A stretch of DNA of 64,000 nt from an uncultured Acidimicrobiales bacterium (GTDB lineage Bacteria > Actinomycetota > Acidimicrobiia > Acidimicrobiales > SZUA-35): NCBI GenBank assembly GCA_963803845.1, contig CAWDNZ010000005.1, positions 610,289 through 674,288 of the forward strand, written 5' to 3'. Under the pieces are notes generated by a model. It had not been told where the DNA came from. It worked only from the letters and a program-made list of their open reading frames with translations, and searched no databases. Positions 1 through 9,354 of this stretch are shown here, piece after piece. Numbering within the stretch: the first letter of the stretch is position 1; every line of letters begins with the position of its first letter. The position numbers were made by a program, and so were the translations under genes.

Positions 1-236
1 GTACCTACGCATTCCGTTGCCCCCACTGCGAAATGACGGTGGTCAAGAGTGCCGAACCTCGCACGATCGATCTGCTGGTCGCCTCCGGCGTGTCCTTCAC
101 TACCTGGCGGCTCCCGGCCGAATTGGGCGAGAACCACGAAGGAGCGCCCATCAATCACGATGATCTCCTCGACTTTCATGACCTGTTGAGCGACGATGAT
201 GCTCTTGAACAGGCCATGGCCCAGTTCTCCGGCTAA
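1..236 (+). CDS. hypothetical protein, 3' fragment (gene starts left of the window); CPHC zinc-ribbon-like motif and acidic C-terminus
   Basis: The frame of the listed 33..236 ORF stays open back to the window edge (..TYAFRCPHCEMTVVKS..). Stop at 234-236, followed by a hairpin and T-run. Confidence 0.45.
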   Translation, partial: TYAFRCPHCEMTVVKSAEPRTIDLLVASGVSFTTWRLPAELGENHEGAPINHDDLLDFHDLLSDDDALEQAMAQFSG

Positions 237-261
237 CCACCGAATAGACAAATCTAGATGT

Positions 262-294
262 GAGCGGGCCTCGTGCCCGCTCGCCGTCGTTTTC
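262..294 (+). terminator. rho-independent terminator candidate
   Basis: GAGCGGGC (262-269) / GCCCGCTC (275-282) 8 bp stem with a 5 nt loop, then GCCGTCGTTTT. Confidence 0.6.
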
Positions 295-403
295 GGGTCC
301 TGGCCGGTCGGTTTCCGGGGCGTACCGGCCAGGTCGTGCGGGGGATCCGTGCCACTCGGTTGCAGACCCATCCCACCCCGTTCGATTGGGTAACCTAGGC
401 CAT

Positions 404-1117
404 ATGTTCAACGTCGGAGGAGGTGAACTCCTCCTCATCTGTGTCCTTGCTCTCGTTGTGGTTGGTCCGGAGCAACTCCCCGTTCTTTTGCGGAAGCTGG
501 GCCAGTACGCCGGTCAGGCAAAACAAATGAGCGACTCCCTACGAGCGGAGTTCATGGCCGGCGCCGAACCGTTCCAGGAGAGCATTCGAGAGTTCCAAAA
601 GGGCATGAATGATTTCTCAAACACGGTCACCGAGAACGCCGATGTGAGGAACTGGGGAGCCGGTACCGCCGATGACCCCATCGTGCCCCGGGGCTTTGCT
701 GATCAGTCCAGTACTGAACCGGCCGACCAATCTGCCAGCACCGCTGCCAGCGACGATGCCGAGGCCATCACTGCGCCGGATCGGCCCAAGAAGCTGGAGC
801 TGACCGCACCGGTCAATCCGTGGGCACCGCTTCCCGGCAGCGGCGCGGATTCGAGCACGGACCCCACTATCGATTCTGGGCCCGGTACAGGGCAGGAGAC
901 GGAGTTGGGAGCTGGGACCGTTGGGGAGCCGGGGTCCGAGACGGGTGCTGGGACCGACACTGAGCCCGGAGCTGGGATTGAGCCAACCGTGGAGGAGCAG
1001 GCCGAGGCCGCCGCTCAACAGCTGGCCAATCGTGGCCGCGAGCGGACAGTGATCCCAACGATCCCACCATTCAGTTCGTTTCCACCCGCCGACACCCAGG
1101 CGGGAGATCCAACCTAG
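404..1117 (+). CDS. tatB: Sec-independent (twin-arginine) translocase subunit, TatB-like, with a long low-complexity C-terminal tail
   Basis: The internal ATG at 404 of ORF 260..1117 gives MFNVGGGELLLICVLALVVVGPEQLPVLLRKLG. That is an N-terminal TM helix, a GPExLP hinge and an amphipathic helix. The remaining ~180 aa are Pro/Gly/Thr/Glu/Asp-rich. The stop overlaps the tatC start (TAGTG). Confidence 0.8.
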   Translation: MFNVGGGELLLICVLALVVVGPEQLPVLLRKLGQYAGQAKQMSDSLRAEFMAGAEPFQESIREFQKGMNDFSNTVTENADVRNWGAGTADDPIVPRGFADQSSTEPADQSASTAASDDAEAITAPDRPKKLELTAPVNPWAPLPGSGADSSTDPTIDSGPGTGQETELGAGTVGEPGSETGAGTDTEPGAGIEPTVEEQAEAAAQQLANRGRERTVIPTIPPFSSFPPADTQAGDPT

Positions 1118-1905
1118 TGAAGATTCCTTTCAGACGGCGAAGAAGCGCTGTTGGGGCTGCCGGCGAGATGACCCTGATGGGTCACCTCCAAGAACTTCGA
1201 TCGCGTCTGATGAAGTGCGCTTTCGCCATTACGCTGGCCGCTATCGGAGTATGGATCTTCTTCGACCCCGTCATGGATTTCCTTTCCAAGCCCTACTGCG
1301 ATCTGCAGGAACTCAAGCTCGCCGACTGCAAGTTCATCGCCACCAGCCCCCTTCAACCCTTCAATGTCAAGTTGACGATGGCCGGCTATGGCGGAGTCAT
1401 CATTGCGTTGCCCGTCATTCTCTACCAGTTGGGGCGTTTCGTCCTACCGGGGCTGTACCCCAACGAGAAACGGGCGCTCGCCCCGTACCTGGTGGTAGCC
1501 ACCGTCCTGTTGTTTGCCGGAATGTGGTTGGCATACGCATTTCTCCCAAAAGCCTTGGACGTTCTTGTGAACGACCTGGGTGGCGACAGGTTCGAAGCGT
1601 TCTTTCGTGCTGATGAGTATCTGAGTTTCTTCACGAAGATGCTGCTGGCGTTCGGCATCGCTTTTCAGCTACCGGTGGTCATGGTCTTTCTCCAATTGGT
1701 CGGGATCGTCAAGACCGAGACCCTCAAGAAAAACCGGCGGGTTGCGGTGATAGTTGTTGTGGTGCTCGCCGCCGTGATTACGCCAACCGGTGATCCTTTC
1801 ACCCTTGCGGTGCTTGCCGTACCGATGTATCTATTCTACGAGATCGCCATTCTCATCGGTGGTCGGAAGAAGAGCCCAGTCGACGATGCCGTCCCGGTCG
1901 CTTAG
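1117..1905 (+). CDS. tatC: twin-arginine translocase subunit TatC
   Basis: 262 aa polytopic membrane protein with the ..MGHLQELRSRLMK.. N-terminus typical of TatC, adjacent to tatB. The start could instead be ATG 1168. Confidence 0.9.
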   Translation: MKIPFRRRRSAVGAAGEMTLMGHLQELRSRLMKCAFAITLAAIGVWIFFDPVMDFLSKPYCDLQELKLADCKFIATSPLQPFNVKLTMAGYGGVIIALPVILYQLGRFVLPGLYPNEKRALAPYLVVATVLLFAGMWLAYAFLPKALDVLVNDLGGDRFEAFFRADEYLSFFTKMLLAFGIAFQLPVVMVFLQLVGIVKTETLKKNRRVAVIVVVVLAAVITPTGDPFTLAVLAVPMYLFYEIAILIGGRKKSPVDDAVPVA

Positions 1906-1919
1906 GCCCGGTCCTTATC

Positions 1920-4670
1920 ATGAGCCGCACACCCCCGGACGGGGCGGAAAACAGCCTGGGCTTCACCCCGGACCGTTTTCAGGTGGAGTCCACTGAGGCG
2001 GTAGATCACGGTGAGCACGTGGTGGTTGCGGCCCCAACCGGATCGGGCAAGACCTACATCGCCGAACATGCTGTGCGGCGGATTTTGAGCACCGGACGAC
2101 GGGTGTTCTACACCACGCCGATCAAGGCGCTGTCCAATCAGAAGTTCAATGACCTCCGCCTCGAACATGGGGCTACCAAGGTTGGTCTGCTCACCGGTGA
2201 CAACGTGATCAACCCGGCCGCCCCGGTGGTGGTGATGACAACTGAAGTGCTTCGAAACATGCTGTATGCCGGCGCTGATCTGGATGATCTCGCCACGGTG
2301 GTACTGGATGAGGTCCACTATCTCCAGGATTCCTATCGCGGTCCGGTGTGGGAAGAGGTCATCATCCACCTTCCTCACCGTGTCCAGTTGGTCTGTTTGT
2401 CGGCCACCGTCAGCAATGCGCAGGAACTGGCAAATTGGATACAGACCGTGCGAGGCCCCACCACGCTCGTCGTAGAGACGAAGCGTCCTGTGCAGTTGGA
2501 GAATCGATATGTCATCGCCGAGCGCAACGGATCCCGAATCCATGTGATCCCAACACTGATCGGCGGTAAGCCCAACAACCGTGGCTTCGACTTCGACCAA
2601 GATGCAGCCACCGCTTTGGGGTCCCGCAAGAAGAGCGGCAAACGCAACGGGACCAAGCCTGGTCGGGCCGAGCGAAAGTGGCGGACCCCAAGTCGACCTG
2701 AGGTGCTGCGGGAGCTGCGCAAGGCCCAGATGTTGCCGGCCATTCATTTCATCTTCAGCCGGGCGGCATGCAGCGATGCGGCGCGCGAGGTCTATCAGGC
2801 CGGCCTAGTCCTGACCTCGCCCGAGGAGCGCAGCGCAATCCGTAGCCTTGCTGCTGAACATGTTGCGTCGTTGACCACAGCAGAGCTGCAGACCCTCGAG
2901 TATGACCGCTTCTTGGAACAATTGGAGGCGGGCGTCGCAGCTCATCACGCTGGCATGGTGCCGGTGTTCAAGGAGTTGGTGGAGGCAGTGTTCAGCTCGG
3001 GGCTCATCAAGATGGTGTATGCCACCGAAACGCTCGCTCTTGGCATCAACATGCCCGCTCGGTCCGTTGTGATAGACAAACTCACGAAATGGAGTGGTGA
3101 GGGCCACGCCTTTCTCACCCCCGCTCAGTACACCCAGTTGACCGGCCGAGCGGGAAGACGGGGCATCGACGACTTCGGCCAGGCACTGGTGCCGTGGTCA
3201 CCTTGGACCACCTTCGATCAGGTGGCGGGTTTGGCTGCCAGCCGTGAGTTCGTGCTGACCTCAGCATTCCGCCCCACCTACAACATGACGGCAAACCTGG
3301 TCCGCCGGTACGAGCCCGAACGGGCCAGGCAGCTCCTCAATCTCTCATTTGCGCAGTTCCGAGCGAACGCCGGCATTGTGCAGTCCGAGCACGAACTCGA
3401 ACGAATGGTGGCGCGTCGTGACAAGGTCATCAACCAACTCGAGAGCGAATTCGGTCAGATTGACGAGCTTCGTGCCGTCGCTCGCGAAACCTCCTCACGC
3501 AGTGCGGGCACCCCGGCCAGCGACGATGTGGGCTTCGCGCTCAGTCAACTCCGGCCCGGTCAGATCATCGAGGTGGACGGCCCGGGCCTTCCGCCTCATC
3601 TTGTCGTGGTCTCGGTGGCGTACCGAAAGGGAGCACGAATCAAGGTGACGGCCGTCGATGTTGACACCGAGGTGCATCTCATCGATGGCCAGTCGTTAGA
3701 CGGTCCACCGGTTCTTGTGGGATCGATATCTGTACCGGAGCCGTATTTGCCAAACAGCATCTCCTTCCTTCACGAGATGGGCCAGGAGTTGTCTCGAGCG
3801 CGACTCGTCGGCAGCAAACGGCGACGCAAGCTCGGTGATAAGAACTCCGCTACTGCGCAGCTGCGCTATCACGGGGAGACCCTGCCCCGAAGTGCCGTCA
3901 AGGGCCTGAAGCGCCTGGAGCGGCTGGAGAGCGATATCGCCCGGATGCGTGCCAGTGTTGTTGCCGATGCCGACTCCCTGGCCCGTCAGTTTGACGCCGT
4001 CCTCGGGGTCCTCACCGCGCGAGGCCATGTTGAGAGTTGGTCTCTGACCTCTTCCGGGAAGCGTCTGGCGAGCGTGTACCACGAGGCTGACTTGCTGATC
4101 GTCGAGGCTCTGGAGGACGGAGTGTTCGACGGGCTCACTCCTCCCGAAGTCGCTGCGCTCGCATCAGTCTTTGGGTTCGACGATCGCCGTAGCAACGGCA
4201 CCAGCAGCAAGGGTGGCGGGCGCAAGGGTCGGGACCACCGCTCCAACCGCCGGAGCGGGCCCGTGGAGGCACCGGTCTTTCCCACTGCGGAACTCCGCCG
4301 CCGATACCGGGTGGTGGAGCGCCTGCATCGGCAGCTCATCCGAGCCGAACGAGACGCCGGGCTTTCCCCTACTAGAGACCCCGATCCGGGGTTCATGAGC
4401 GTCGCCTACCAATGGGCTCTGGGCGTTGAACTGGACCCCGTCCTCACCGAAAGCGAGACCACGCCGGGCGACTTCGTGCGAACGATAAAGCAAGTGATGG
4501 ATCTGATCGGCCAACTCGCCATCTTGGCGCCGGTACCGGCTACCCAACGAGCAGCCCGCCGAGCCGGCGACGCCCTGTTCCGTGACCTTGTGACGGTGTC
4601 ACAAATCATCAGCGACACCGGCGACGACGATGCTCCTGGGGAGATCGGCGATGCTGATGATGCGGCGTAG
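1920..4670 (+). CDS. helY: ATP-dependent DEAD/DEAH-box RNA helicase, Ski2/HelY-like
   Basis: 916 aa with Walker A AAPTGSGKT, a DEVH box (VLDEVHYL) and LSAT. Long C-terminal Ski2-type region. It follows tatC as in other actinobacteria. Confidence 0.9.
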   Translation: MSRTPPDGAENSLGFTPDRFQVESTEAVDHGEHVVVAAPTGSGKTYIAEHAVRRILSTGRRVFYTTPIKALSNQKFNDLRLEHGATKVGLLTGDNVINPAAPVVVMTTEVLRNMLYAGADLDDLATVVLDEVHYLQDSYRGPVWEEVIIHLPHRVQLVCLSATVSNAQELANWIQTVRGPTTLVVETKRPVQLENRYVIAERNGSRIHVIPTLIGGKPNNRGFDFDQDAATALGSRKKSGKRNGTKPGRAERKWRTPSRPEVLRELRKAQMLPAIHFIFSRAACSDAAREVYQAGLVLTSPEERSAIRSLAAEHVASLTTAELQTLEYDRFLEQLEAGVAAHHAGMVPVFKELVEAVFSSGLIKMVYATETLALGINMPARSVVIDKLTKWSGEGHAFLTPAQYTQLTGRAGRRGIDDFGQALVPWSPWTTFDQVAGLAASREFVLTSAFRPTYNMTANLVRRYEPERARQLLNLSFAQFRANAGIVQSEHELERMVARRDKVINQLESEFGQIDELRAVARETSSRSAGTPASDDVGFALSQLRPGQIIEVDGPGLPPHLVVVSVAYRKGARIKVTAVDVDTEVHLIDGQSLDGPPVLVGSISVPEPYLPNSISFLHEMGQELSRARLVGSKRRRKLGDKNSATAQLRYHGETLPRSAVKGLKRLERLESDIARMRASVVADADSLARQFDAVLGVLTARGHVESWSLTSSGKRLASVYHEADLLIVEALEDGVFDGLTPPEVAALASVFGFDDRRSNGTSSKGGGRKGRDHRSNRRSGPVEAPVFPTAELRRRYRVVERLHRQLIRAERDAGLSPTRDPDPGFMSVAYQWALGVELDPVLTESETTPGDFVRTIKQVMDLIGQLAILAPVPATQRAARRAGDALFRDLVTVSQIISDTGDDDAPGEIGDADDAA

Positions 4671-4696
4671 GGCCCTTTGGGCTGAGGCGGTGGTCG

Positions 4697-5284
4697 ATGG
4701 TTATTGAAAAAGGTGGCACGTACGGAAGGCCGGGGCCGGTCCCCGCCCAGCTGCCCCGGTGGGGAAGCGATCGAGAACTTGCAGCCCATATTGCCGAAGC
4801 GGGCACTGCTCCCTGCACAGCGGTGGGAGGTGACGTACTTGCCACTTTGGGTGGCGGCGCTCGTCCCGGCGTTGCGCCGCTGGCGTATCCACTGGACGTG
4901 CTGGAGGTCCGGTTGGACGACGGGCCTACAGTTCTGGCGGTGGCTCACGTGATCGCCCGACGGCGGTTCTGGCACGGTGAGTGTGCGGTGGCAATGAATG
5001 CCGCATGGCGCAACGATTGGTACCTGGGCCCTCGTTCGCATCCGAATGATGGCCTGGTCGACGTCACCATTGGTGCCCTATCGGTCCAGCAGCGGTATTT
5101 GGCGCTCCGGCGCGTTCGAACCGGCAGCCACCTTCCCCACCCCAAGCTGAAGGTAACCAGAACTGCACACTGGAAACACACCTTTCGTTCGCCCGTTGGG
5201 GTCTGGATCGACGGTCGCCGTCACGGATCGGCCCGGCATATCGAGATTGAGGTGCGTCCCGACGCCGGCTTGATTGTGGTGTAG
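4697..5284 (+). CDS. hypothetical protein (weak resemblance to the C-terminal beta domain of DAG/NAD-kinase-fold lipid kinases)
   Basis: 195 aa ORF filling the gap between helY and the ThyX-like gene. The ..PNDGLVDVTIG.. and VGGDVLATL segments are reminiscent of the kinase fold. Assignment is weak. Confidence 0.5.
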   Translation: MVIEKGGTYGRPGPVPAQLPRWGSDRELAAHIAEAGTAPCTAVGGDVLATLGGGARPGVAPLAYPLDVLEVRLDDGPTVLAVAHVIARRRFWHGECAVAMNAAWRNDWYLGPRSHPNDGLVDVTIGALSVQQRYLALRRVRTGSHLPHPKLKVTRTAHWKHTFRSPVGVWIDGRRHGSARHIEIEVRPDAGLIVV

Positions 5285-5316
5285 CTGAGCTGGGCTGGCT
5301 TCCGCCCTTAAAAAGA

Positions 5317-6981
5317 ATGCCCAAATACGGAGGGCATGATCCGCGGACCGGCCATCAAGCCCGCATACCCTTGCAAGCCGTGGGAGCGTACGTCGCAGAG
5401 GAATTCACCGAGTCCGAAACCGACGTGCTCCGTCGGTATTTCACCAACCTCGACAGCCCAGTCTTTGCGCTGGTAAATCTGCCCGAAGTTGTGAAGGGTG
5501 CCTTGTTCGCCCGCTACTCACGGTCCGCCAAGAGTCTGCGGCGCCTCTTTCTCGATGAGTTCGTGAACGAGCTGGATATCGAAGGCGATGCCACCATCGA
5601 TGCCACGATCGGCCTTGACCGAGCTGAGAGCCTGTACGAGCGGATCTTCGTTGAATACGGTGACGACTCCGTAGCGCAGTTGGGGGGAGTTCACCTCGCC
5701 TGCGAGCAGGCCTCGAATCTTCTCACCAAAGTGCTCGAATGGGGACGGTTGGCGTCGTATCTCGAGCAGTCAACACGCTACATCCCGTACGACTCCCGCT
5801 ACGGAGGCCGGTACCGGTACTACCGAGACCCTGAGATTCTTGCCTCCCACTTTGGCACCCGCTACGTGGGTGACATGGACCGTCTCTTCGACACGTACGC
5901 AGAAATGGCCCCCAAGGTTGAAGATTACATAAAAGCCACGGTTCCAAAGGCACCGGGCGATTCGGACTTCATCTACCGACAAGCGGTAAAGGCCAAAGCG
6001 CTGGACGCCGTGCGAGGCATTCTTCCCGCCGCGGCCCAGAGCAACGTTGGGATCTACGCCAGCGGTCAAGCATATGAGCAGATGCTGATTCGGATGCGAG
6101 CCAATCCGTTGCCTGAAGCCAACGCCTACGCCAATCTCATGCTCACCGAGCTGCGTAAAGTCATCCCGTCGTTCGTGAAGCGGGTCGATGTTCCCGAGCG
6201 TGGGGGTGCCCATAGCGACTACCTCAGCGATGTCACTATGCACATGGCGTCGGTTGCCGATGAGCTGCTGACACCCCAACCGGCCGATCAGGGCGCATCG
6301 GTTCAGCTGGTTGACTTCGATCCTGAAGCCGAGGTGAAGCTGGTGGCGGCCATGCTGTATCGGTACTCTCGACTCTCAGAGTCGTCACTGATCGACCAGG
6401 TTCACGCGATGAGCGTTGAGGACCGAATGCGGGTGATCGACGCCTACACCGGCAACCGTTCCAATCGCCGTCATCGTCCTGGTCGAGCGCTCGAGCGCCC
6501 TGCCTATCGTTTCGACATCCTGGCGGATTACGGGGCCTTTCGTGATCTCCAACGGCATCGCCTCCTCACTGTGGAATGGCAGCAACTGAACCCCAACCAC
6601 GGATTCGCCCGGCCAGAGCTCATCGATGAGATCGGTCTCACCGACGAATTCGACGCTGCCATGCATCGATCGGCAGCACTCTGTCACGTCCTCGAGCCCT
6701 TCGGCGCAGCATCGTCCTATGCGGTGTCGTTGGCCTATCGCGTTCGATTCATGATGGACCTCAACGCTCGTTCGGCCATGCACATGCTCGAACTGCGCTC
6801 CACACCTCAGGGTCACCCGGCCTACCGCTCCGTAGTCCAGCAAATGCATACCGCTATCGCCGAGACCGCCGGACACAAAGCCATCGCAGGGATGATGGCC
6901 TTTGTCAACCACAGCTCCGAAGCCGATCTAGAACGCCTCGAAGCCGAGCGGCGAGCCGAACAAAAGAGGGCGGCGCTGTAA
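5317..6981 (+). CDS. ThyX-like (FAD-dependent thymidylate synthase family) large paralogue
   Basis: 554 aa. The C-terminal half carries ..YGAFRDLQRHRLLT.. (RHR of the ThyX signature). The size is about twice that of canonical ThyX. Confidence 0.75.
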   Translation: MPKYGGHDPRTGHQARIPLQAVGAYVAEEFTESETDVLRRYFTNLDSPVFALVNLPEVVKGALFARYSRSAKSLRRLFLDEFVNELDIEGDATIDATIGLDRAESLYERIFVEYGDDSVAQLGGVHLACEQASNLLTKVLEWGRLASYLEQSTRYIPYDSRYGGRYRYYRDPEILASHFGTRYVGDMDRLFDTYAEMAPKVEDYIKATVPKAPGDSDFIYRQAVKAKALDAVRGILPAAAQSNVGIYASGQAYEQMLIRMRANPLPEANAYANLMLTELRKVIPSFVKRVDVPERGGAHSDYLSDVTMHMASVADELLTPQPADQGASVQLVDFDPEAEVKLVAAMLYRYSRLSESSLIDQVHAMSVEDRMRVIDAYTGNRSNRRHRPGRALERPAYRFDILADYGAFRDLQRHRLLTVEWQQLNPNHGFARPELIDEIGLTDEFDAAMHRSAALCHVLEPFGAASSYAVSLAYRVRFMMDLNARSAMHMLELRSTPQGHPAYRSVVQQMHTAIAETAGHKAIAGMMAFVNHSSEADLERLEAERRAEQKRAAL

Positions 6982-7640
6982 TTGCTGTTCTGTCCCTCCG
7001 GGGGCCGTTCAAGCGCCACGGAGGCTCCGCCTTCGGCGCTGCAACAGATCTTGCGTGACTGGTGAGCTTGGACTGCTCAACGGGTGTCGCTTCGCCTGGC
7101 TGCATGATTGCTGTCCCTCCGGGGGCCGTCTGTGTTGTCCCTCCGGGGGGCGTTCCGCCGGGCACGGAGGCCCTCGCCTTCGGCGCTGCAACAGATCTTG
7201 CGTAACTGGGAGCTTGACTGCGCAACGGGTGTCGCTTCGCCTGGCTGCATGATTGCTGTCCCTCCGGGGGGCGTCTGTGTTGTCCCTCCGGGGGGCGTTC
7301 CGCCGGGCACGCAGCCCTCGCCTTCGGCGCTGCATTATCTCTTGCGTGAGGTTCAGCTCGGACTGCTCAGCGCGCGTTGACCAGTTGGGTAGAGCCAGTG
7401 CGCGAACCCACGAGCGCTGTGATTCCCTCCGGGGGCCGTTTAAGCGCCACGGAGGCTCCGCCTTCGGCGCTGCAACAGATCTTGCGTAACTGGGAGCTGG
7501 ACTGCGCAACGGGTGTCGCTTCGCCTGGCTGCATGATTGCTGTCCCTCCGGGGGCCGTTCAAGCGCCACGGAGGCTCCGCCTTCGGCGCTGCAACAGATC
7601 TTGCCTAACTGGGAGCTTGACTGCGCAACGTTTCGGGGGC
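6981..7640 (+). repeat. tandem array of five ~120-145 bp GC-rich REP-like units (family also at 26.0, 50.0 and 57.9 kb)
   Basis: Units start near 6981, 7107, 7252, 7420 and 7537. Shared blocks are TCCCTCCGGGGGCCGTTCAAGCGCCACGGAGGCTCCGCCTTCGGCGCTGCAACAGATCTTGCGTAACTGGGAGCTTGACTGCGCAACGGGTGTCGCTTCGCCTGGCTGCATG. Confidence 0.9.
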
Positions 7641-7745
7641 TGAATTCACCCAGGGTGGGGGAGTATCTTGGAGAGTGGGCGGGGCGGTGATAGGTATTTC
7701 GACCTATCGCCTTGAAACGCTCGAAGAGCGGGCCGATAGGCCCAA

Positions 7746-8648
7746 ATGCGTGTTCATTCTTTGCTTTCTCCCAAGTTCATGGCGCCGGCGGTCATCGGCG
7801 TTTCGTTGTTTTTCGGGGCCTCTCCGGCCTCGGCGCACGAGTCCCACACCGTCGCTCCGGGCGAGACGCTGGGTCATATCGCCGGCAAGTATGGCGTAAC
7901 GGTTTCTCAGATCGTTTCTGAGAACAGCATCCCCAATCCCAACCGAATCCGTGTGGGCCAGGTGCTGAGTATCCCCACTCATAGCGACGCTGGAACATCT
8001 GCTCCAGTGGTCAGTGGGGAGAAGCCCAAGCCGGTAGCGCCGGGCTCCCTCACCGCTGGCTCGTATACGGTCGCCAGCGGCGACAGTCTCAGCCAGATCG
8101 GCGCGAAGCTCTCGGTCTCATGGCAAGAAATCGCCCGCGAGAACAACATTGCCAGTCCGTATCGGATTCGAGTGGGTCAGGTTCTGAAGGTGCCAGGCTC
8201 GGCGGCCAACTATCCCAACCTGCCTCAGCGGATTCTCGATGACCCGGCCAGATTGGCCATCCTGCCAAGCCTCGAGAAGTGGTCAGCGCACTACGGCGTA
8301 CCTACGGATCTTCTCATGGCGATCGCCTGGCAGGAATCCGGTTGGCGAAATGATCAGATCTCGAGCGCTGGAGCCTTCGGCATTGGGCAGATCATGCCAG
8401 CGACGGGGGAGTGGATCGCCAGCGCATTGATCGGAGATCCGTCGCTCACACGGGTAGAGCCGGAAGACAACATTCAAATGAGTGCGGCCTATGTTGGTTG
8501 GCTACTGCGCGAGATGGGCGACGTCGACCAAGCGGTTGCCAGCTACTACCAAGGTCAGGGTTCGGTCCGAGCCAACGGCTGGTACAGCAGCACCCACTCC
8601 TATGTGGCCAACGTCAACAGTCACCGCGCCATGTTCCAGAAGCGGTAG
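7746..8648 (+). CDS. secreted LysM-domain lytic transglycosylase
   Basis: Signal peptide, then two LysM repeats (..APGETLGHIAGKYGV..IRVGQVLSIP and ..ASGDSLSQIGAKLSV..IRVGQVLKVP). C-terminal SLT motif AWQESGW..GIGQIMP. Confidence 0.85.
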   Translation: MRVHSLLSPKFMAPAVIGVSLFFGASPASAHESHTVAPGETLGHIAGKYGVTVSQIVSENSIPNPNRIRVGQVLSIPTHSDAGTSAPVVSGEKPKPVAPGSLTAGSYTVASGDSLSQIGAKLSVSWQEIARENNIASPYRIRVGQVLKVPGSAANYPNLPQRILDDPARLAILPSLEKWSAHYGVPTDLLMAIAWQESGWRNDQISSAGAFGIGQIMPATGEWIASALIGDPSLTRVEPEDNIQMSAAYVGWLLREMGDVDQAVASYYQGQGSVRANGWYSSTHSYVANVNSHRAMFQKR

Positions 8649-8792
8649 TTCGGACGAACTCGAGTCCGCGAGGGCGTTGACCGTCCGAAAAGGACAGGTC
8701 CGGAAAGATTCCGCAGTAAGTCACGGTGGGAGTTGTTTCCGCAGTCTGTAGAGTCCGCCCGACCTAGAGGTGTCGTTCCGAGAAGGTGTTGC

Positions 8793-9290
8793 ATGGCAGA
8801 TGAAGTTGATGAAGAAGAAATCGAGGAAGTCATCGATGACGATGATGATGAGCTTGATGACGCTGACCTCGAGGATGTAGATATCGAAGATGATCTCGCG
8901 GACGATGACCTGGAGGACGACGATTTCGAGTCGGTCTCCCTCGAGGAGGTCGTCGACGAAGAGGAAGAAGCTGCGGACGACGAGACTCCTGCCCCCCGGG
9001 CCCGCAAAGTCGTCAAGGACGAGGAAGACGACGATGATGATGAACTCGACCCGGACGACATCGAGGCTGATCTCAGCGACATCCTTCAAGACCGGATGGC
9101 TACCGACGACGACGACGAGGACGAAGACGACCCCGACGATGCTCCCAAGGTGAACGCCCAGCGTGACCGCGAGTTCGTTTGCGAGAGTTGTTTTCTCGTG
9201 GTGAATCGGAGCCAATTCGGTTCTCCAAAGAACCCGCGTTGCCCGGTGGGCGATCCCGATTGCCCGTCGATTTCACTTATCTTCATATAA
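8793..9290 (+). CDS. DUF4193-like acidic protein with a C-terminal Cys motif
   Basis: ATG 8793 is preceded by AGAAGG. Extremely Asp/Glu-rich N-terminus, then ..REFVCESCFLVVNRSQFGSPKNPRCPVGDPDCP, as I recall for actinobacterial DUF4193. Confidence 0.7.
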   Translation: MADEVDEEEIEEVIDDDDDELDDADLEDVDIEDDLADDDLEDDDFESVSLEEVVDEEEEAADDETPAPRARKVVKDEEDDDDDELDPDDIEADLSDILQDRMATDDDDEDEDDPDDAPKVNAQRDREFVCESCFLVVNRSQFGSPKNPRCPVGDPDCPSISLIFI

Positions 9291-9354
9291 CGAGGTAAAC
9301 GAGGAGCTATGGAACGCCAAGGACGGCAAGGACGAAATCGGCCTGAAGGACCTT

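Noticed and set aside
7009-7569. 186 aa ORF and several 65-106 aa ORFs inside the repeat array
   Set aside because: Their peptide sequences simply repeat with the DNA unit (RPPEGQ.., SLRGA..) in several frames and on both strands. These are stop-free GC-rich repeats, not genes.
6981-7640. Possible CRISPR array, given regular repeats in non-coding DNA
   Set aside because: The units are contiguous ~120-145 bp repeats with no unique spacers. The same unit recurs in both orientations at other loci. No cas genes or leader are present.
7641-7745. Possible cyclic-di-AMP (ydaO-type) riboswitch upstream of the LysM/SLT cell-wall hydrolase gene
   Set aside because: Cell-wall hydrolase genes often carry it, but I could not find the conserved ydaO elements I remember (for example the CCGNCAGCUAACCUCGUAAGC-like segment). 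Only small generic hairpins are present (GATAGGT..ACCTATC and GGGCC-GATA-GGCCC).
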